A stretch of 57,728 bases of DNA from IMG/VR virus record IMGVR_UViG_3300025151_004898, positions 1-57,728 of that record. One strand, given 5' to 3'. This document shows, in pieces, positions 49,693 to 57,728 of the stretch. Every line of letters begins with the position of its first letter. Positions within the stretch are counted from its first letter, which is position 1. The stretch comes from a virus (taxonomy: Duplodnaviria > Caudoviricetes). The notes beneath the pieces are model-generated. The model was not told where the DNA came from. It worked only from the letters and a program-made list of their open reading frames with translations, and made no database searches. A program made the translations under genes and the position numbers.

Positions 49693-51457
49693 TTATATTG
49701 TTGACTTTTTTGTAAACAACAATATTAATAAATGTTTCGTCGTCACCGGAGGCGGTGCTATGCACATGAATGATAGTTTCGGACACAGTAAAGATGTTCA
49801 GTGTATTTACAACCACCACGAACAAGCGTCTGCTATGTCCGCTGAAGGATACACTAGGGTGTCGGGCAACCCCGCCATTGTATCTGTTACATCCGGACCC
49901 GGAACAACGAACGCACTAACTGGTGTTCTGGGTGCTTGGTTGGACTCTATTCCTATGGTGATTTTATCTGGTCAAATGAATTTTGACACTACGATTGAGT
50001 CAACACCAGTTCCACTTCGACAACTTGGATTCCAAGAATTCAACATTATCGATAGTGTTAAACCAATGACAAAATATGCAGAGATGGTAGAAGATCCCAG
50101 ATACATTGCCTATCATTTGGAAAAAGCACTGTTCTTATCACAGAACGGCAGGAAGGGCCCGGTGTGGTTGGACATTCCGCTCAATGTTCAGTCTGCTGTT
50201 ATTGATGTAGATGATCTCATTCATTATAAATCCCCTAGTTTATTTTCGGGTGATTTTGATATGGATTTAATTTTTGATAAACTTAATCAGGCAAAGAAAC
50301 CAGTTTTGTTTGCAGGGTATGGTGTAAGAATGTCTGATTCATATAAAACCTTCTTGAAGGTTGTGTCTAAACTTAAGATACCAGTCGTGACTGAATGGAA
50401 CTCGAATGATTTAATTTGGTCAGATCACGACTATTATGCAGGTCGAGCAGGAACAATAGGAGACAGAGGAGGAAATTTTGTGGTTCAAAATTCTGACTTA
50501 CTTCTTTGTGTTGGTTGTCAATTTTCTATAAGACAATTGAGTTATCGCTGGGAAAATTTTGCTAAGGGTGCATATAAGATAGCAGTAGATGTAGATGAGA
50601 ATGAACTCGTTAAACCAATTGTCAAGATTGATTATCCAATACACTCTGATGTTGGAGTCTTTTTGGATTCTGTTCTTCTCAGCGACAATTCCTCCGTTCA
50701 TGATTATTCATCTAAGTGGAATACATGGACAAGAGACATCAACAACAAATATCCTGTGGTTTCTGATAGACACCTTTCACAGAAGTCTCCTCTGAGTATC
50801 TACTCTTTTATGAAATCTTTATCTGAATGTCTTACCGAGGACGATGTTGTTGTTATCGCAAATGGTGCCGCTTGTGTCGCTGGTCTCCAAGCGATCAACA
50901 TAAAAGAGGGGCAACGGGTGTTCACAAATGCAGGGGCATCCAGTATGGGCTACGGCATCGCTGCGGCAATTGGTTCTTGTTACGCCAAAGAAAAGGTAAT
51001 CTGCATCGAGGGCGATGGTTCTATTCAGATGAATCTACAAGAACTACAGACTATCGCACACAATAATCTTAATGTAAAAATTATTTGGATTAACAACGAT
51101 GGGTATCAGTCCATCAAACAAACACAGGCATCTATGTTCGAGGCAGAAAAACGAGGTTATTGTGGGGCAAACTGCGACAGTGGAATTGGATTCCCTTCGG
51201 CGGAAAAGATAGCAAAAGCATATGGGTTGAATTTTTATAAGATAGATCATGTAGATGATATGAAATCTACCCTAGAAATATTTTACGATTCTGATGGACC
51301 AGCAATATGTGAGGTTGTCACTATCCCTGATGAAAAGTTTGAACCAAAGTTGCAGTCCAAACTCCTAAACGATGGTACATTCCAAACACCATCTCTTGAG
51401 GACATGTATCCGTTTCTGTCTAGAGATGAAATGGAAGAAAACATCTTCATTCCATGA
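49667..51457 (+). CDS. Thiamine-diphosphate enzyme, acetolactate synthase-like (YerE-like)
   Basis: HHEQ, TSGPGTTN, GPVWLDIP, SMGYG, GDGSIQMNLQEL...INNDGY (GDG..NN ThDP motif). Confidence 0.9.
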   Translation: MRKTVKVSDYIVDFFVNNNINKCFVVTGGGAMHMNDSFGHSKDVQCIYNHHEQASAMSAEGYTRVSGNPAIVSVTSGPGTTNALTGVLGAWLDSIPMVILSGQMNFDTTIESTPVPLRQLGFQEFNIIDSVKPMTKYAEMVEDPRYIAYHLEKALFLSQNGRKGPVWLDIPLNVQSAVIDVDDLIHYKSPSLFSGDFDMDLIFDKLNQAKKPVLFAGYGVRMSDSYKTFLKVVSKLKIPVVTEWNSNDLIWSDHDYYAGRAGTIGDRGGNFVVQNSDLLLCVGCQFSIRQLSYRWENFAKGAYKIAVDVDENELVKPIVKIDYPIHSDVGVFLDSVLLSDNSSVHDYSSKWNTWTRDINNKYPVVSDRHLSQKSPLSIYSFMKSLSECLTEDDVVVIANGAACVAGLQAINIKEGQRVFTNAGASSMGYGIAAAIGSCYAKEKVICIEGDGSIQMNLQELQTIAHNNLNVKIIWINNDGYQSIKQTQASMFEAEKRGYCGANCDSGIGFPSAEKIAKAYGLNFYKIDHVDDMKSTLEIFYDSDGPAICEVVTIPDEKFEPKLQSKLLNDGTFQTPSLEDMYPFLSRDEMEENIFIP

Positions 51458-52794
51458 GAAAAGATATAGACAATGATGTAAGATTGTTTTTCCCAAACAA
51501 GACTAGGTTATTGCTCTTTGGGGGGAACTGTTTACTTGCAAAACGATTATATGAAATCATTAAACGAGATCTATTTGTCAGAAGAATAGACTACAGCGAA
51601 AACAACTCCGTTACGAAAATAAAAAGTCTATTAGAATATCAGGATGGGGATACTCTGATTTTCACTAGTGAGTTATTGCTTTTTTTATCAGATGAGGAAT
51701 ACTTAAATTTTACGGAAACTCTTGTAGACATAAAAACAAACACTAATACTAAATTGGTTTTTATTTCTATTACCGATCCTCTCCACATGGAAAAGCAGGG
51801 TGATAGTTATCTGTTAAAAAATATGAGGTGTGATGAAACCTATGTATCCCGTGTGGATCGCATAACAGATACACTCAACGATACAGATCTTATCTATGAG
51901 GTTCCTTCTTACTACACATATGTAGAATCCAATTTACAAATCAATCCCGTAACATTTGAAGGTAACTTAATCACACCAGAGAAACACGCTAAAGCATCTT
52001 ATTTTTTCTTTAGTGATGATATCATATCTGATGTGGTAAAGAAAATAAATGATGTGGGGTGGACAACCCCCTATTGGGATTCACCAGATAAAATGACACC
52101 AAGTGAATTCATGCTCAAGTTAAATACACCTGATTCTGAATACTCAAAGGTTGTTAATCAAACAAAGTGTTCATTGACAATACTATATCGTAAAGATTCA
52201 TATGATATGTCTAACGGTGGAACTGTAGCAAACTTTAGAGTTAATCTTGGTAAGTCTCTATGTAAGAAAATACCATTCTCTATCAGAGAAAAACTCGATA
52301 TGATTATCCCTGTTCCAGAGACGGGTAAGTATTATGCACAGGGATTGGCATCAGAACTTAATAAAAATTATGTCGAAGCGATATACAAAAAGGTAGAAGT
52401 TGGTAGGAGTTTTGATGTCTCTGATGTAAGTAAAAGAAACAAAATAATTAAATCTAAACTGGGTTTACATAAAAATATGGTGAAGGGGAAAACAATAGGA
52501 ATAGTGGATGAGGCAATATTCACAGGTTCGACTTTAAAGATTGTAAGCGACATGCTGAGAGAAGCGAAGGCAAGAGAAGTTTATTTTTTCATACCAAGTC
52601 CCACCTGTAAGAGTAGATGTAAATACAACATGCAACCCGATAGAGAACTTCTTTTACAAAAAATAAATGAAAAGGATTTAATTTCCTACTTCAACGTGGA
52701 TGGTATATTTTTTCAAGACAGTGAAGCATATGATAGTTCCATATCAAAGACAAACTACACATGCTCCGAGTGTTTTCATAAAGAGCAATTATGA
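51454..52794 (+). CDS. Fusion of a degenerate Rossmann-like N-domain and a PurF-type phosphoribosyltransferase domain (no glutaminase domain)
   Basis: N-terminal LLFGGNCLL; C-half RVNLG..L, IPVPETG, IVDEAIFTGST, CKSRC, CSECF. Confidence 0.7.
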   Translation: MRKDIDNDVRLFFPNKTRLLLFGGNCLLAKRLYEIIKRDLFVRRIDYSENNSVTKIKSLLEYQDGDTLIFTSELLLFLSDEEYLNFTETLVDIKTNTNTKLVFISITDPLHMEKQGDSYLLKNMRCDETYVSRVDRITDTLNDTDLIYEVPSYYTYVESNLQINPVTFEGNLITPEKHAKASYFFFSDDIISDVVKKINDVGWTTPYWDSPDKMTPSEFMLKLNTPDSEYSKVVNQTKCSLTILYRKDSYDMSNGGTVANFRVNLGKSLCKKIPFSIREKLDMIIPVPETGKYYAQGLASELNKNYVEAIYKKVEVGRSFDVSDVSKRNKIIKSKLGLHKNMVKGKTIGIVDEAIFTGSTLKIVSDMLREAKAREVYFFIPSPTCKSRCKYNMQPDRELLLQKINEKDLISYFNVDGIFFQDSEAYDSSISKTNYTCSECFHKEQL

Positions 52795-53381
52795 ATTTAT
52801 TGAACGATAATTACTACAGGCATGTTATTTTTGATTTAGACGGAACCCTAATTAATTCCGCTCCCTCTATATTGAATTCTATGGGGTCAGCGATAAAGGA
52901 AAGTGGATATACCCCCCTGCTAAGTTTAGACTCGTCTTTAATTGGGCCACCGCTATATGAGACAATTGCAAATGTGACGGGGCTCACCGAGTCATGTGAA
53001 CTGAATTTAATTGTTGATAGATTTAAAAAGCAATACGACGAGAAAGATTGTTTAGATGTAACTTGTTTTTCTGGTGCTTCATCTATTTTGGAAAGAATTA
53101 AGTTGGACAGCAATCTAATCTTAGCAACAAATAAAAGATTAATTCCAACAGAAAAAATATTGAAACACTTGGAGTGGGATGATATGTTTAACTCCATCTA
53201 CACGCTCGATACATTCGATCCCCCCTTGAAAAATAAAACAGAACTTCTAAGAAAAGTTATTTCAGAGGAGGAGATAAATACAGATGAGGCGGTATACATT
53301 GGTGACAGATTAGATGACGAATTTGCCGCAAAAGAAAATAAAATTTCATTTATTATGGTTGATTGGAGTTATTCGATATGA
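52791..53381 (+). CDS. HAD-family phosphatase
   Basis: FDLDGTL, ATNK, K, YIGDRLDD. Confidence 0.9.
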   Translation: MNLLNDNYYRHVIFDLDGTLINSAPSILNSMGSAIKESGYTPLLSLDSSLIGPPLYETIANVTGLTESCELNLIVDRFKKQYDEKDCLDVTCFSGASSILERIKLDSNLILATNKRLIPTEKILKHLEWDDMFNSIYTLDTFDPPLKNKTELLRKVISEEEINTDEAVYIGDRLDDEFAAKENKISFIMVDWSYSI

Positions 53382-54229
53382 TAGTACAAATTACTCTTAC
53401 CCGAGACGAATTGTTTTTAATTAAAGAGATGTTACCACAGTGGCAAAAGTACGCAGATGCTTTTGTTTTCATGGTTGATAGATCCGTTGATGGGACATAT
53501 GAGTTCTTAATGGAAAATAAAGAAAAGTACAATATTCTCAGTGTTCTACAAACTAACTGGGAGATGGATGGGTTAACTGTAGAAACTGATGAGAGGCAAA
53601 GATTATATGATGAAGCATTCAAACACAGTGGAAAAATCATATGTCTTGATACTGATGAATATATTGATGGTAATGTCACCAAGGAACAACTGGAAGGTGT
53701 CTTGGAACAAAATAAAAATTCTTTGTTTATGGCACCATGGATTCAATATACAGGAAAAAATAATATAAGAGTGGACGGTCCTTGGAGAACTAATTACAAG
53801 GATAGAATTGGTTCTTATGAAAAGAGAGGTGAGTTCGCAGACGCAGTACGTCACTCGGAACATATGCCATTGAGCGACAATACATACAGCTTTCAATATC
53901 CACAATTATTCATATCACATCTTCAGTGGTTAGATAAAGTTACCGTTGCTGTTAAGCAATATTATTGGAAGATTTCTGATTATGTTGCTAATCATGAGCA
54001 TGGAGCAGAAATAATTCCCTCTTACTTATATGATCAGTCCGTCAATAATTTTGAATGGGAATATGCAGAAATAGATTTTCCTTTGTTAGTTGACGAGCAC
54101 ATTTATGATAAGAATGATTTGGAAAATAGTTTTAAGTATCAATATATTAAAAATAATGTCGAGAAGTATGATATTCCAAACATGAATGATTGGGGACTAG
54201 GTATTCACTCTGGGGAGCTGTTCAAATGA
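53378..54229 (+). CDS. GT2-like glycosyltransferase
   Basis: TRDE, VDRSVDGT, CLDTDE motifs; start moved to ATG 53378. Confidence 0.75.
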   Translation: MIVQITLTRDELFLIKEMLPQWQKYADAFVFMVDRSVDGTYEFLMENKEKYNILSVLQTNWEMDGLTVETDERQRLYDEAFKHSGKIICLDTDEYIDGNVTKEQLEGVLEQNKNSLFMAPWIQYTGKNNIRVDGPWRTNYKDRIGSYEKRGEFADAVRHSEHMPLSDNTYSFQYPQLFISHLQWLDKVTVAVKQYYWKISDYVANHEHGAEIIPSYLYDQSVNNFEWEYAEIDFPLLVDEHIYDKNDLENSFKYQYIKNNVEKYDIPNMNDWGLGIHSGELFK

Positions 54230-55014
54230 GAGTTTTAGTAACAGGAGCGAACGGGTATGTTGCTAGGAGTTTAATTCAAAATTTTTCCAACAAATATGAT
54301 ATGGTCGGGATATCAAGAGATGATTTTGATTTGACTGATACAAGAGCTACGTGTGAGTGGTTCGCAGATAATCATTTTGATGTAGTGCTGCACACCGCAA
54401 TTGTTGGTGGGAATAGATTGAATCAAGACACGCATGATGTTACTGATCAGAATTTGTTGATGTATTATAACTTACTGGGTAACAGAGAAAGCTATGGTAA
54501 GTTTATAAATTTTGGTTCTGGTGCAGAACAATTTCAACCACATTCTCCTTATGGAATAAGTAAAAAAATAATAGCCGATTCTGTTGCTAATACAGAAGAT
54601 TTTTATAACATACGCATATTTGGTGTTTTCGATGAGAATGAATTGGATCGACGTTTTATTCTTTCGAATATGCTTCGTTATCTCAATAAAGAGTCAATGA
54701 TTATTCATGAAAATAAGTTGATGGATTTTTTCTACATGAAGGATCTGGTTTCGGTAGTGGAGTATTACATCGAACACTCTCAGTTATCCAAGCAGGTTAA
54801 TTGTTGTTATAATGAAAAATATACTCTTTACTCCATAGCTCAGATGATAAATCAGTTGAGTGATTATGACGTTCCTATTGAGGTTCCGAGTAAGAGTGTG
54901 AGTAGCTATTACTGTGGAGAGTCTATTTTACCTCCTATAAATATTATTGGATTGCAGTCCGGAATACTAAATATGTTTGAACAATTACAAAAAGGATATA
55001 GTTATTATGAGTAA
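54226..55014 (+). CDS. NAD-dependent epimerase/4-reductase (extended SDR)
   Basis: VLVTGANGYVA, FGSGAE, YGISK, RIFGVF; start moved to ATG 54226. Confidence 0.88.
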   Translation: MRVLVTGANGYVARSLIQNFSNKYDMVGISRDDFDLTDTRATCEWFADNHFDVVLHTAIVGGNRLNQDTHDVTDQNLLMYYNLLGNRESYGKFINFGSGAEQFQPHSPYGISKKIIADSVANTEDFYNIRIFGVFDENELDRRFILSNMLRYLNKESMIIHENKLMDFFYMKDLVSVVEYYIEHSQLSKQVNCCYNEKYTLYSIAQMINQLSDYDVPIEVPSKSVSSYYCGESILPPINIIGLQSGILNMFEQLQKGYSYYE

Positions 55015-56257
55015 ACCCACAGTTACATTGTGCATGATTGTAAAGGATGAGACACATGTTATTGAGCAGTGTCTTCGCTCCATGGCAAAATATGTGGATA
55101 GATATGACATCACTGATACTGGATCGACTGATGGAACACCAGAACTTATTGAGAAGGTAATGAATGAACTTGGAGTTCCCGGTAAGGTGTACCTTTCTGA
55201 CTGGAAGGGGTTTGGTGATCATGCAAATCGAATTGGTTCTAGAACAGAGGCATTCCATAATGCAGAAGCTGGTGGTGCGGACTATGCGTGGGTGATTGAT
55301 GCTGATGATTACATTGAGGGTGAGTTTCAGTATCCTGAAAACATGACATCTGATGGGTATACTCTATTAATCAAGCGGGGTGATTTCAGTTGGTGGAGGA
55401 ATCAGATTTTCCGGTTGGATCTTGGTTGGCGATATGTTGGCGTTCTTCATGAATATGCAGATGCAACCAAGAAGAGTCCTGCTGCATTTGCAAAGATAGA
55501 GGGGAACTATCACGTTACCGCCAGAACAGAGGGAGCAAGGAACGTTGGTATTACTCCTTTTGAGAAATATGCTAGGGACGCAGAATTATTGGAGAAAGCG
55601 TTAGAGGATGAGCCAGACAATGCTAGGTATCAATTCTATCTTGGGCAGAGTTATTTTGATTCTCAGCAGTGGGAAAAATCAAAGGAAGCATATAGGAAGC
55701 GGGTCGAGATGGGTGGTTGGCCAGAAGAGGTTTTCTATTCCCAGTTCCGAGTTGGTTTGTTGTGTGGGTTCACTAAGGATCCATTTGAGGTTATTGTCAA
55801 GGAATTGATAGAAGCATATAACATTCGCCCAACTCGTGCTGAACCGTTGGTTGAATTGTCGAGGATTTATAGGATGACAGATAAACCTTCTGCTGCATAC
55901 ATCTTTGCAAAACTTGCCGCCGAAACACCATATCCTGCGGATGATATTCTGTTTATAAGTGATGATGTTTATAGGTTTGGTGCTTTGGATGAGCTTGGTG
56001 CTGTTGCATATTATGCAGGGAGACCTCTCGAAGGATATAACGCATGTAAGATGCTCGTAGAAGAAAATAGAGCACCAGCAGACCATGCGGAAAGAGTCAA
56101 GACAAATCTAAAGCAGTATGAGGATGTTATTCAACAAATGGCACCAGCAAATCAACCAGAAGTCATACACAAAAAGCTAGATACTCTAAAGGAAAAACAA
56201 AAAGAGCTAAAAACTTCAGCTAAAAATTTTAAGAAAAAGAAAGTAAAAAGTAGGTAA
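55007..56257 (+). CDS. GT2 glycosyltransferase with C-terminal TPR repeats
   Basis: LCMIVKDE, DTGSTDGT, IDADD, GVLHE, then TPR-like RYQFYLGQSY, PTRAEPL; start moved to ATG 55007. Confidence 0.9.
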   Translation: MSKPTVTLCMIVKDETHVIEQCLRSMAKYVDRYDITDTGSTDGTPELIEKVMNELGVPGKVYLSDWKGFGDHANRIGSRTEAFHNAEAGGADYAWVIDADDYIEGEFQYPENMTSDGYTLLIKRGDFSWWRNQIFRLDLGWRYVGVLHEYADATKKSPAAFAKIEGNYHVTARTEGARNVGITPFEKYARDAELLEKALEDEPDNARYQFYLGQSYFDSQQWEKSKEAYRKRVEMGGWPEEVFYSQFRVGLLCGFTKDPFEVIVKELIEAYNIRPTRAEPLVELSRIYRMTDKPSAAYIFAKLAAETPYPADDILFISDDVYRFGALDELGAVAYYAGRPLEGYNACKMLVEENRAPADHAERVKTNLKQYEDVIQQMAPANQPEVIHKKLDTLKEKQKELKTSAKNFKKKKVKSR

Positions 56258-57525
56258 TGTCCGACATAGAAACTGAGTCATACATTATACTGGAGACTAT
56301 CCACAACGAACTGCAAGAGGGTACTGTTGTAGAGAAAGTTGAGGATTCTGTACGTGCAGATTATAATGTTGTACTTGGTGTCGGTCTGGATTCCGTTAAA
56401 TTTATAAGTGAAAATGGAAATGTTTTTAAATTATCTGGATCAAAACAAAAGATTCTATCCATAGCAGAGCCTCTAATATCAAATAAAAAGGAGGCCGCTC
56501 CTTCGCCTGTTATCAATATTCAAGAAGTTCGGGGAGTTGACGGTGCAAGAGGAAAACGTGGTTTGCAGGGACCGCCTGGTCCACAGGGTCCACAGGGTCC
56601 ACAGGGCGAGATTGGACCACAGGGCCCTCGTGGTGACCGTGGAGAACTTGGGGAATCTGGTTCTGATGGTGCATCTGGTGTCGGAGTTGGGTTTGTAGAT
56701 AATTTAGATCAGGATACAATGCTTGTTCGTCTAACGGACAATACTGTTTTTGAAGTCAAGCTACCCAAAGGGGCCCCCGGTCTAAACGGGGTTCCCGGTG
56801 TAGCTGGTCCAACTGGTGATAGTGGTTCGGACGGTAAAGATGGTAAAGATGGTAAAGATGGTGAACGGGGAATTGATGGTAAGCCGGGTAAGGACGGTAA
56901 GTCGGGTAAGGACGGTAAGCCGGGTAATGACGGTAAACCGGGTAACGCGGGTAAACCGGGCAAAGATGGTAAACCGGGGAAAGACGGCAAGAATGGTCTT
57001 GATGGTAAGGATGGTAAGGACGGGGATATTGGTCCCCAAGGGATACGTGGTGAACGCGGACCAGCTGGTGAGAAAGGTGAGCCGGGTGTTGATGGGAAGG
57101 ATGGCAATGATGGTTCCTCTGGTGTTGTTAGCGCAAGATTCCCACTGAAGTATGATGAAACAAAACAAGAATTAACTTTTGATTCTAAATCACTAGAAAA
57201 GGTTCTTTCAATACCAAATGTGGATCCCATGGCTATTAATAATTTACTTACAGCTATTGGTGGTGGTGGTGCTGTTGGAATTAAGCACGATGGTAGGATG
57301 TTAATTAAATCTGTTTCCGACATACAGGTGAAGCGAGGATTGGATGCTGTTCGTCGAGGTAAGAATGTAGATTTAGAATTGGATGTTGATGTACCTTTTA
57401 GTTTTTCTGGAACTACAATATCAGGACAAAAAAATGAATCTGAATTAGGTACTGGTGACTTTTGGTTTAATACCACTTTAGGCAAATTGTTTTTTAGAAT
57501 TGATGCTAGTTGGATAGAAGTATGA
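56257..57525 (+). CDS. Collagen-like (Gly-X-Y) fibre protein
   Basis: Two Gly-X-Y tracts (GPQ, GKD, GKP); C-terminal [13 protein letters not shown]. Confidence 0.88.
   Translation: MSDIETESYIILETIHNELQEGTVVEKVEDSVRADYNVVLGVGLDSVKFISENGNVFKLSGSKQKILSIAEPLISNKKEAAPSPVINIQEVRGVDGARGKRGLQGPPGPQGPQGPQGEIGPQGPRGDRGELGESGSDGASGVGVGFVDNLDQDTMLVRLTDNTVFEVKLPKGAPGLNGVPGVAGPTGDSGSDGKDGKDGKDGERGIDGKPGKDGKSGKDGKPGNDGKPGNAGKPGKDGKPGKDGKNGLDGKDGKDGDIGPQGIRGERGPAGEKGEPGVDGKDGNDGSSGVVSARFPLKYDETKQELTFDSKSLEKVLSIPNVDPMAINNLLTAIGGGGAVGIKHDGRMLIKSVSDIQVKRGLDAVRRGKNVDLELDVDVPFSFSGTTISGQKNESELGTGDFWFNTTLGKLFFRIDASWIEV
56770..57120 (+). repeat. 9/18-bp periodic repeats encoding collagen triplets
   Basis: GGTAAAGAT x3 and GGTAAG(C/T)CG-GGTAAGGAC units. 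Confidence 0.85.
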
Positions 57526-57531
57526 TAAATA
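57524..57531 (+). promoter_or_regulatory. Late promoter variant
   Basis: GATAAATA before SD AAGGA and ATG 57551. Confidence 0.6.
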
Positions 57532-57550
57532 CAATAAAGGATAAAATCAA

Positions 57551-57728
57551 ATGAGTGCGTATTTCCCTAAAAATCCATCAGACGGAGAAAAAGTTACCAT
57601 TGGATCAAAGCAATGGGAATTTTCATCAACTTATGGTGTTTGGAATAAGGTTGGTGGGGACGGTTCTACAGGAGCCACAGGAGCCGCTGGTGTCACAGGT
57701 GCCACTGGTGCCACGGGTGCAACTGGTG
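57551..57728 (+). CDS. Collagen-like G-x-T repeat fibre protein, truncated by the window end
   Basis: MSAYFPKNPSDGEKVTIGSKQWEFSSTYGVWNKVGGDGSTGATGAAGVTGATGATGATG...; open to the end. Confidence 0.85.
   Translation, partial: MSAYFPKNPSDGEKVTIGSKQWEFSSTYGVWNKVGGDGSTGATGAAGVTGATGATGATG

Noticed and set aside
49667-52794. Reading these genes as ilvB and purF metabolic genes
   Set aside because: No ilvN/ilvC partner, the PurF glutaminase domain is absent, and all neighbours are sugar-pathway genes
56770-57120. Short periodic repeats as a possible CRISPR array
   Set aside because: 9/18-bp in-frame coding repeats with no unique spacers
56709-57485. 258-aa Pro/Ser-rich antisense ORF
   Set aside because: Mirror of the collagen GGN periodicity

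Overview
This window is a 57.7-kb piece of a T4-like (Tevenvirinae-type core gene set, cyanomyophage-like gene order) myovirus genome. It carries gp32, a leftward gp4-gp54-gp26-gp51 block, and a rightward late block: baseplate, neck, terminase, sheath, tube, portal, prohead, major capsid, gp3, uvsY, uvsW. Next come gp55/47/46, an accessory block (PLP fold-II enzyme, type II glutamine synthetase, SPPY-type DNA methyltransferase), gp45/44/SET/GroES/62/regA, a ~15-kb nucleotide-sugar and glycosyltransferase cluster, and collagen-like fibre genes running off the right end. All gene calls come from motif recognition and synteny, not database searches. The best candidate for an undescribed system is virion glycosylation: a YerE-like branched 3,6-dideoxy-sugar pathway, a PRTase/HAD pair and a GT2-TPR transferase next to G-x-T collagen, with G-x-T motifs also clustered in many structural proteins. 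Other signals are a T-TTT-TTT -1 frameshift that would fuse gp26 to gp51, an exact 24-bp direct repeat bracketing the rfbH-like gene, a consensus sigma70 promoter pointing antisense with no gene behind it, twin same-loop hairpins in the gp32 leader, and probable leaderless late mRNAs. I saw no tRNA, rRNA, CRISPR array, intron or intein.
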